Part shown: positions 54,195-64,000 of the stretch, piece by piece
Layout of the letters: the number at the start of each line of letters is the position of its first letter
Numbering within the stretch: the stretch's first letter is position 1
Source of the DNA: the human T2T-CHM13v2.0 reference genome, Homo sapiens
DNA: 64,000 nt
Reading direction: 5' to 3' (one strand)
Assembly: GCF_009914755.1 (NCBI RefSeq)
Contig: NC_060929.1
Notes under the pieces: model-generated
What the model saw: the letters and a program-made list of their open reading frames with translations, nothing else
Database searches by the model: none
Told to the model about the DNA's origin: nothing
Made by a program: the position numbers and the translations under genes

Positions 54195-56070
54195 TGTAGC
54201 TATATATTTTTGTAAAATTACATGTGTTCATTTTAAAAATTAAAACAGTACAGAAAAAGCCAAAGAGAAAGCATCCAAAATATGAATATCAACACCTAAG
54301 GATAACTGCTGCTGATTTTGTGAATATCTTTCCAGATACTATTCTTCCAGAGTACTATACTTAGCAATCAATTTTAAATAAATGGGATCATTCTGTACAT
54401 GCTTTCTTTTCCACTGATAGAATCTTGTGGATATATTTTTTCATGAATCAATACAGAATCATATATTAATTTTTAATGGTCACAAAGTATTCCACTACAG
54501 GGTTGTACCATAATTTTCTTGTATACTCCTGCTTTAATGAATTGGGAGGGGAGGATGTTAAAAAACACAAAATCAGAATAAATATTTTAATATATATATC
54601 ATTTTGCATTTGCACAATTTTTCCTTTGCAATAAGTCCTAAAATTGAGATGATGGGTGGCAGCCTATAAACATTTTACATTTTGATAAATTATGGCAAAC
54701 CGCCTTCTAGGAAAATTTTAGTGATTTAAACATCCACAGTGAATGAGACGGTCTATTTTCCTTCGCCTTCTACACCAATGGGTTGTTTTAATCTTTTAAA
54801 ACTTTATAGATGTAGAAACTGTATTTTATGGTTGGTTTTAGTTACATGTCTCTTATTAATAAAGTGAATATATTTTTGGCATTTATTTGCTAGCTGTGCC
54901 TCTTCACATAACACACAAGTGCTAAAGCCTATCACTGATTTTTTTCTATCGAATTATTTTTACTGGCTTATTCATTTGTACATTATGGCTATTACTCCTT
55001 CAACAAGTGTTGTGACTCTCACAGTTTTTTATCATTCAGCTTGTTTATAGTATTCATTACCATAAGGAAGTTCTAAGACTTAATACAATTTCCAGTTTCT
55101 ATAATAATGTCCAAACAATGAAATATAAATATATATACTTATTTTCTTCAAGTTCTTTTACATTTAAATCATTCAAGTTTGTAGAGATCTAAAAACAGGA
55201 ATTTGACTTATCTTTTCTAAATGACTAGCCAAATGCTAAAATGTTATTTTATGAAAAACCCATCTTTTGTTCCACTATTTTGAATGCACCTTTACCGTAT
55301 AATAAATACCCATATATACTCAGTCCAACATGACATCCCTGGGGTTGTGGCCACATCACTGCAATCTCTGTCTTGTCTTCACATTGCCTCCTCTTCTGTG
55401 TGTCTTAAAACTTCCTTTGACTCTCATAAAAATACACAAGATTGCATATACAGCCTACCCAAATAATCCAGGATAAATCCCCCTCTCAAGGTCTTTAATT
55501 TAATCACATATTTTGCCATTTAAGGCATTATTCATTATTTTGCCATAGAAGGTAATATTCACAAATTCTGGGGATTAGGATATGAACGTCTCTTTTTGAA
55601 GATGGGGCCACCATTTAGCCCACCATACCTATTAAATTAGCAAAGCTTTAAATCAAACAAATATTAATGTAGGCAAGACAGTAAAAAACAAAAACAAAAC
55701 AAAACAGGCATGCATACTCACTCACAACTGGTAAGGTTATACATTGGCACAACTCTGTTCAAAGTAATACGACACCATGCATCAAGAACATTAAAAATAT
55801 TCATTCTCTTGTCTAGTAATTCCTCATCTATAATAGGAATCTGTCTTAGACAAATGTATTTCAGTACGGACCAACAGAAGATTCCAATTGAAATATATAT
55901 AAACATGTACACACAGAAAAAAAACTAGAAAAAATGCATCAAAATGCCTGTAGTGGTTATTTCTGCATTGTAACCCTTATGAATACTTGTCTATGGTATT
56001 TAAATATTTTAGGGTGAACTTGCATAACTTTAATACCTATTCAAATTTACTTTCAAGTTTTAATTATATA
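54195..56070. mobile_element. Degenerate L1ME-like fragments with an MLT1 fragment (~55335-55627)
   Basis: ATAAATGGGATCATTCTGTACATG..., and AATAATCCAGGATAA...TTAATTTAATCACAT...GGGATTAGGA. Confidence 0.45.
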
Positions 56071-56251
56071 AAATGTGGATTGGCATTTGATTGACAATAA
56101 AGGAATAACTAGCCACAGAAGATTTGTGAATTATTTTTAAAAACATTAAATATTCTATTTAGCTGTATTTCCAGAGCCAAAGCAAGACAAAATAAAACAT
56201 ATTCTGAGAATTCTGACTAAGCCCCTCTATTTACAGGAGATTAAACATAAA

Positions 56252-56430
56252 GTTGGGTGTGGTGGTGCACACCTGTAGTACCAGCTACTCAGGAGGCTGA
56301 AGGAGAAGGATCTCTTGAGGCCAGGAGCCAAAGTCTGCAGTGAACTATGATTGGGTCTGTGAATAGCCATTGTATCCCAGCCCGGGCAACACAGCAAGAA
56401 CCCATCTCTAAAAATAAAAATAAAAAAAAT
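56252..56430 (+). mobile_element. FAM-like Alu monomer
   Basis: Single arm containing GTGAATAGCCA (7SL-derived segment) and an A-rich tail. Confidence 0.8.
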
Positions 56431-56520
56431 AAGAGAGAGATAGGTGAAGCTGGTATGACCTGATAGGACCTCCCTTTTATGACAATAAAGGCGACCTTAA
56501 AAAAATCATCTTGCTCATTT

Positions 56521-57068
56521 CGTGTCCAGAGTTGGTTCCTTCCGGTGGGTTCGTGGTCTCGCTGACTTCAAGAATGAAGCCGCAGACGTTCGCAGTGAGT
56601 GTTACGGTTCGTAAAGGTAGCACAGACCCAAACAGAGTGCAGCAGCAAGATTTATTGTGAACAGTGAAAGAACAAACTCTCCTCAGGGTAGGAAGGCACC
56701 CCAGCGGTTGCCCTGCTGTTGGCTGGTGGGTGGCCAGCTTTTATTCCCTTATTTGTCCCCACCCACATCCTACTGATTGGTCCATTTTACAGAGTGCTGA
56801 TTGGTCCACTTTACAGAGTGGTGATTGGTCCATTTCACAGAGTGCTGATTGGTCCATTTTATAGGGTGCTGATTGATCCATTTTACAAACCTCTAGATAG
56901 CTACAGAGCGCCAATTGGTGCGTTTTTACAGAGCACTGATTGGTGCATTTTACAAACCTCCAGCTAGCTACAGAGTGCTGATTGGTGTGTTTTACAATCC
57001 TTTTGTAAGACAGAAAAGTTCTCCAAGTCCCCACTTGACCCAGGAAGTCCAGCTGGCTTCACCTCTCA
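56521..57068 (-). mobile_element. LTR12-family (ERV9) solo LTR, LTR12F-like
   Basis: GTGTCCAGAGTTGGTTCC...GTCTCGCTGACTTCAAGAATGAAGCC...CTGGCTTCACCTCTCA; tandem AGAGTGCTGATTGGTCCATTTTAC units; ATTT TSD on both sides. Confidence 0.9.
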
Positions 57069-58929
57069 ATTTTATTAACTAAAGGGAAGCTGCACTCTAA
57101 AGAAATTTAAGTCTCTTTTAAGAGAAGTATTCTAGAAAGAGAAATCCCATATCTCCACTTAGTTTCCATGTTGTTCAATATATCAATTATTTTTGACAAT
57201 TTTCTGCAGGTTAAGTAACTCAAGGAGAAATGTGAGTCTATGAATTTTCTTTTGGGAACAATCTAAAAAACAAAGGGCAGACCGTTCCTTTGATTCTATA
57301 TTAAATCTAGCCACATACAGAGCAAAATTATTTTATGATTCTATTTATAACAGACTTCTGTATGAATTCTGGTTTAAAACAGATATTGATAACAAAATAA
57401 TTGTTAAGGAAAAGACTATCTCTAGGTAAAATGTTGTGAACAAAATTAAAATTCCCTCTGGAATAAGAAATATTTTAATGTGCCAAATCTAGCCAAGAGT
57501 AGTATGTTAACCCTTATCATCAACTTTTAAAAAATCACTTAATTAAATAAGCAAATCCTTTTTCAGTATGCAATGTTATCATGTATGACCAGATATAACC
57601 TGAGGGCACCAATCAACCTTAAAATGTAGTTACAGCAAATTTATTTAGCATGTGCTTATTTAGTGATTATGAACTTCACCTATTCAATGCATTACTGAAT
57701 AAAATCACTGAGAAGAAAATATCTTACAGATCCTGTCTCAGGAAGCCTTAGATGAAATGATGGCTTCCCCATTCATGACATACAAAACATCTTAAGGATT
57801 AAGACAATTGTAGTCAAAGGACTCTCCTCTTCCATTATGTACAAAGATCCTCAAAGCTTTAACCTCCAGAGATTATGCAGAAAATGTGCATATAGTTTTC
57901 CCAGAGGAAATTCAGTTTGGCTGACTAACTCCATGAGAAGATGAAGCATAAAGAAAGAGATGAGAATAACCAAGGAATACATGCTAGAGTTGTGCAATTA
58001 TATTGAAAATTCAGATCTAGTTAGGTGTATTCATCCTCAAGACAGTGGTTACAGTTCTGAAAGACGTCTTTCAACGGAAGTTATTCTGCTATAAGCAGGG
58101 GACTTGTGTAAGCTACATTTGAAAAAAATGTATTATTTGATGGAGTTGGTAAAGATATTTGGGTCTTCTTATCACAACCAATGGAGGAAATTATATTAAA
58201 TGGATATTGAGATTTTAAAGAAAATACAGCAAAAAAAATTAAATACAGACATATTTCAAACACACATGTACATATATGGATATATAAACTCATAAATATA
58301 TACAAGGACTACCTGTTGTATTCTTCAGTTGAAAAATCATGAAATGACAGAAGAACTCATTTTTGGAGGAAACCTGAGAAGGCTTCAGTCTCAATGGATT
58401 GATGTGGGGATAAGAAATTAAGAAAGGCTGTAACAACAATGGTTATGTTAAGTAGTCTAGAACTGCATAAGGGAATGCTAGACAACTATTAAAAGATGAT
58501 GTAGACATATATTTGTTGTCTGTGACATATTTTTATTACAGGAAAGCAAGTAATAGAACAGCATGTATATGGTATGTTTCTATTTATGTAAAACTATTTA
58601 CATGTGTGCATAGAAAGATGTCTGTTATATGGTAAGCACCCAATAAATAATTCATTGATAAACAGGGTTAATCTCATGGTGGTAAGACCTAAGGTGAATT
58701 TTAATCCCTTCTTTTTCTTTTTCTGTATGATTTTATATATTTTTTCAAATATTTTACAAGTAGGAAAAAGATTTCAAAAAAATAAAAAGCCCATGAAGAA
58801 ATAACATTGTTACCTCCCTACATGTGGCTCAGTAACACAATAGTCTTGAAATACCAGTCATCACTCAATTTAGATTTCATTTGCCTTTTTCTTGTTGTTT
58901 CAGGTTTTCTCTTTCTCAAAAGTCCAAGT

Positions 58930-59025
58930 TGCCTGTAGTCCCAGCTACTAACAAGGTTGAGGTGGGAGGATTGCTTAAGCTCAGGAGTTTGAGGTCAGCC
59001 TGGGTGAAATAGCAAGACTCTCTCT
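58930..59025 (+). mobile_element. Alu monomer fragment (FLAM-like)
   Basis: GCCTGTAGTCCCAGCTACT...GGAGTTTGAGGTCAGCCTGGG. Confidence 0.75.
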
Positions 59026-62000
59026 CTCTTTTTTTTTTTTCTAAGCCCAAATTTCGGAGATAAAATGGTTTATAATTTGAGTAAGTAGAACTCATCTAAG
59101 ATAACAGTGCGTATAGGAACTGCCATAAAATTAGGAAGGAAAAAAAAGATTTCACATTTCTGTGTTTTAATTCAGGGTTTCTCATATTTTTCTACTTGGA
59201 CAGCTTAACAGTTCAGCAACATGAACATGAGAAGTTATCAGGAAAGTCTCCACAACTTCGAAATTGTTTCGAAGTGTCTTATGTTTGACCTAAAGAATTA
59301 TGAGATTTTTGCACTGTATTCCATAGTATTATGCATTTTTAATGCAAAATGAGGCTTAAAATTAACTACCCTGGAGTACAATTGAGTTCCAAGAAAAAGC
59401 TGACCACATTTTTCTTGTGGTTTTGCATGCCTGGTAGGCTGAGGGAGTGGGGGTGCTCATCCCAGCTAGATAAGCAAGTGAGTCTTCAAAGTGCAGTTTG
59501 TAAAATCAGCATCATTGACAGACCAGTTGCTCTTGTGAAACAAGATTTCAACTCTGCCCAGGGCTTCTCAGCACCTGATGGAAATCACAGAACAGGGAAT
59601 GGAAACTCATGATGAGAATGTCATAGAAGGTGTTCAATTTTACTTTCTGTTACTTTAAAAAATATTGTTTATTTTACCATTTTTTTAACGTCCTAAAAAT
59701 TAAAATAGTATTTAATAAAGTAAAATACAGATTGGTAAGGTAAATAAAACATAGTCACTTAGGACTAATTAAGTAGTTTAATTTTGGTACACAAAAAGAA
59801 AATCAGGAATAAAATGGAATTTTTTTTATTTCAAAAGACTGTGTTTCTGCTGATCTTATTAGTATTCTGTCAATATTATATCTTTACTACGGATTTTTTT
59901 GTAATTTTTTTACAGATGCTTACTAGCAAATGAGCAGGCCCCTAAATATTCACAAATCACCCACAATATGAACTTTAATTTTAAAATAAGGTATTTCTCT
60001 TCCTGTTCCAGGATGATAAAACATGATTTCTAATATGTATCTGTCCCCAGATAATAATGTTATTCTTTAAAACATACACTTTTTCTCTTAAGAAAACTGT
60101 TCTCGCAATCGTCAAAATTAAAAAAGAAAAACTTATAATAAAGGTCTTAGATAGCTCAAAATCTACCCATAACCTTTATCACTGTTTTTGTTTCGAAAGG
60201 AAAAAAATAATTATCCAGTATACCTCAAGATGAGGCAGGAATGGAGTAATAAAGATACCAACTGATGAACATTAAATTAAAACCATGTGGAAACTTGGCA
60301 ATACTATTACGACAACCAAATTAAAATGAGAAAATTAATCTTTTAAAATTTGTGGTAACTGAGCAATCAAGAAAATAAATTCCATGTTGTTGTAAACCTG
60401 TGCTGTTCAAAAACTCTAAAATAATACTTGCTTTTGCAGGAGAGCGTAGCTGGAGCTGACAGTCTGGGGAAGGTTTTCGGAGCTAAATGAAACTTTAAAA
60501 GGCTTCTTATTCTTTTGCAATTATTCATTTATTGGGTTCAGTGAAACGTATTGAGTCACAAAGAATGATCTTGTTTTATTTTTCTTTTCCCCCCAAAACA
60601 TAGTGCTATTATAAAATAAAAGTTATACAAAAAAATTAAGTACTTCTAGCAAAGGGGGCATTTTTAAAAGAATTACAAGTGGTTTTTTTTACATTCAAAA
60701 GCAACACAATGTAGTAAATTACTGTATCTGAATATCCTATTTTTGCACCACATTTAAATTGTTGGAACCTGAAAAAGTAAGTGCCAATGCTTGATTCAAA
60801 GAGATATTTATCACATTCTCTAAACTGATGGGAAGAATACACAGACACAATAGGGATTACAAGTCTCTTTGATGAAGTCTCCCTGATTTGAACCTGTTTT
60901 TTCCTCTTTCATGGAACAAGAGATAATCACCCCTGAAATAAATATTTCCCCCTTTGAAAAATGATTCAAACAAAAGATAATTGGGCAAAATAAGGCACTG
61001 CATTCATAGTTAAGGTGGGAAATAATAAATAAATACGAACAGATAAAACACTAAGATTATGTCTCTTCACTCTATTTTCAAAAGGAAAAAGGTAATGAGC
61101 AGACACCCACTTGTAATTTACAAGCTGAAGTCTTCCTTTGACAACCCACAGATCAATTAAATCCTCTTCAAATTAGTTTTGATGTGTTAATGTGAGTTCC
61201 CCCACCTCCCTAAGTTTCCATGGACCATTACTGGGTTTTTATGCTGGCTTTCTACTGAATTGTTTCTAGTGTTTTGTTGCATGTTAATACAAGGTCATTT
61301 AAAACTATGTAAATATGGAGAAAAGTAACTCTAAAGCAGATTATTCCCTGCTATGCTTTATTTTCTCACACTATATCCTGCCTTCTACTAGCTAATAAAA
61401 AACAGAAAATATTTGAATCTTGATTCATTTTTCCCCTCCACAGCTGTATCTATAATCTTTAGCAATACTTAGATTATCAAAATAGAGCAAGTGACCATAT
61501 TCCAATTTCTACAACCCATTCAAAAACACCTAGATTTTATAAACTGTTAACCTTAATCTGTCACAAACACTTAACTCTAATACAGAGTGACTAACAGGTA
61601 AAGAGAGAATATTTTAAATTTATGACTGGGTAATTCTTTTCACATATGATGGAATCCAAAACAATACCTCAGTTTTATCTGACAGGGAATTACTGTCACG
61701 TTTGCCTCCCCAATGCTTCCTGTTGGGGGTGAGTGGTCTATTCTTCAGCATGACAAAGTCTGATTTCTGAATGGCTGGTAGTGTCAAAGGGCCATTAGTA
61801 TGCTAAGCCTTTTAGTGGCATGGGATAGCTCCATTCTGCTTTCCTCAATTGTTGCAATTGGGCCACGTGATTAACTGATGATTTCAAGGCAAGCTTTGGA
61901 ATCTTGATGTCTTCCAGAAATTAATACACCTCCTGGTAATATAATCTATTGACTATTACTGCTCAATTTTTAATGCCTGAAAGGAGGTACAGTCTTAGTG

Positions 62001-62814
62001 AAACTCTCAAGGAATGAGAAAAGAGAAGACACCGCAAACAAAATGCTAGCTTCATTCATAATTAGGTTTTAAGAGTTTAAAAAGACAAGTCTAATCTGTT
62101 TGGAGAAACTGTTGACAGCTCTTATGCTCTTTATTTTAAAAACTTCTAATAAAAATGATAACAGACAGCAATTTTTCAAAATTGATTTGAACTATTAACA
62201 TTTTGTAATACTTTTTTGTATAGTCAATTCTTTATTGTTCAGCACTATTTTTTACTTCGTAAAAATATTTTTTTATGCTTATTAACTCCAAGCATCTACA
62301 GTAAAATGGAATAAACATAAAACAATCATTTGAAAATTAGAGGAAGTGAATCAGATGATTTCTGATCCTATGCTAATTATTTTATTACATCTTATACTTA
62401 CTTTATGTTTATCTGCAAGCCAATAAGTTTGTTGAAATAGCACATTTAGCTCCAAAGAAGATTTGAAAGGTGATACACTTTAGATTAGTTTGCAAACGGT
62501 TCCAAAGGAGGAGACTAGATGGCAAAACTGAGCAGTTTCCTGGCCTTGCAGGAATGAAATCTGTATAGTGCATGTTATTTGCTTAGAAAGACATTTCAAG
62601 AGTATCAGCCACATATATACTCAAACGCAGAGAGAAAATACCTCACAAAGTTCAATGCACAATGTTTTTTAGATTACTGAAATTTAAATTATCCACAAAT
62701 TTGCTTTTATTTCTAACAGTTTAATAATTAAGAGCTGAGCAAATCTTATTACTTCTGTGGCCTAGGTCAGCAGAGACAGGCTGGCTTTTCAGAAAGCCTG
62801 TTTCTTTCTTTTTT

Positions 62815-63950
62815 TGTTTTCTTCCCCCCATGCACACAGCTAGACCACACATCCCTGCCTCTCTTGCAGTGAGGTGTAATTATGTGAATGAGTTTCAGCT
62901 AATAGGATGTATTTAGCTAATAGGATGTGGCTTCACTGCCAGGTCTGGTCCATAAAAGTCTCTTATACATGATCCTTTATGCCCTTTTTCCACCTTCCAG
63001 ACTCGCTCAGAACACAGTGACTTTGAAAACCTTGGATGAAGAGGACTGAGCTACAAAATAGAAAGAGCCTTGAAACACATTCCAGAAACACTTAACAGGA
63101 GAATCACCAATCAGGAACACCTAGATTGGACTTTATGTGAGTGAAAAAAAAAATATATATATATATAATTTTTGAACCATTACACATTTCATATTGAAAG
63201 TGAAGAACTGCTGAACGTAAGACATTTTACGACATTGGTTTTAGTGGCTGGGCATTAAACAACGAGGAAATGGATACTACAGGCTGGAAAGATAGAGACT
63301 CATGATATCCAGAAGCAAAACGCATGGTAAAGCTGCCTCCAAGGAGAACTTGAAAGAACCACAGAACCTGTAGCATCAGTGGAAGTGACTGGAAAAAATA
63401 AGACTGACTGCTTTTAGCAAGCTATCACAAGAGACAAATGTGCTTAGGAAAGAATGGACTGGTTTGCAAACAGAAATAAAGGGGATAAAGAAAGGCTAGA
63501 AATGTGGTTCCTCAAAGGACTGGAAAAGTTGACTGCTTTTAAACTTTAGGGAATAGAAGATAACCCTGGGGAAAAAAGACTTCGAGCAACAAAGGGCCAT
63601 AGGGTGACTGTATGTCCCAGTTTGACCAGGATAGTCATGGTTTATAACTGTTGCTTCTGCCTAAATATTAATAGTATTAATACAACTTATTCTGAGCCAA
63701 ATAAACAGATTACAAGTATGGCCTTCCTACTCAAAGTCTAAGTGCCTTTAAGTTAGCTGGCCAGGTAAGAGAAGAGAAAAAGGCATATCATAATATAGTT
63801 ATCTACTGCTGTGTCACAAACCACCCTAAGCTTAATAGTTTAAAACAACCTTTTATCTACTCATGATTTTTATGCAATTGAGAAGAAGCTTGGTGAGGAT
63901 GTCTTGTCTCTGCCCCGCAAGGAATCTCTTAGCTGTATTTACCTGGATCA
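62815..63950. mobile_element. Cluster of old MLT1 LTR/internal fragments with a small hAT-Blackjack-like piece (~63600-63650)
   Basis: CCTGCCTCTCTTGCAGTGAGGTGT..., GGACTTTATGTGAGTGA, TAGGGTGACTGTATGTCCCAGTTTG, TGCTGTGTCACAAACCACCCTAA. Confidence 0.45.
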
Positions 63951-64000
63951 CTATTCACCATAAGGGTCAAGGAAACAAAGAAATAAATGAGGCCTAGCCG

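Noticed and set aside
56775-56995. Regularly spaced ~24-bp repeats resembling a CRISPR array
   Set aside because: No unique spacers, eukaryotic context; these are the U3 tandem repeats of LTR12.
58058-58073. Perfect 16-bp palindrome TGAAAGACGTCTTTCA
   Set aside because: About one 8-bp-arm palindrome is expected by chance in 64 kb (64000/4^8), with no supporting context.
59255-59275. Hairpin ACTTCGAAA-TTG-TTTCGAAGT
   Set aside because: A 9-bp stem with a short loop is within chance expectation, and the spacing does not fit a heat-shock element.

Overview
Primate genomic DNA, very probably human. The first ~3 kb hold the 3' end of follistatin (FST) on the + strand: the end of the FS-domain-2 exon, the FS-domain-3 exon, the last exon with its two alternative acceptors (FST317/FS288 and FST344/FS315) and the 3'UTR. 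The other ~61 kb are gene-free and dense in transposons: a 4.7-kb 5'-truncated L1PA, an L1MA with both ends that carries a two-LTR MaLR, nested older L1s, about 20 Alus, solo LTRs (MLT2, MER50-like, THE1/MST/MLT1, LTR12) and DNA-transposon relics. A repeat-poor AT-rich block lies at ~57-62.8 kb. I find no support for a new gene or new multi-gene system. The most unusual signals are structural: (i) a segment at ~5.9-6.1 kb built from copies of two flanking sites joined near a microhomology, (ii) an inverted pair of old L1s sharing an 89-bp identical tract, (iii) a 50-bp inverted L1 5'UTR fragment inside the same L1, and (iv) a 5'-inverted ancient L1MC. Repeat subfamily names come from recalled consensus sequences and need RepeatMasker/Dfam confirmation.
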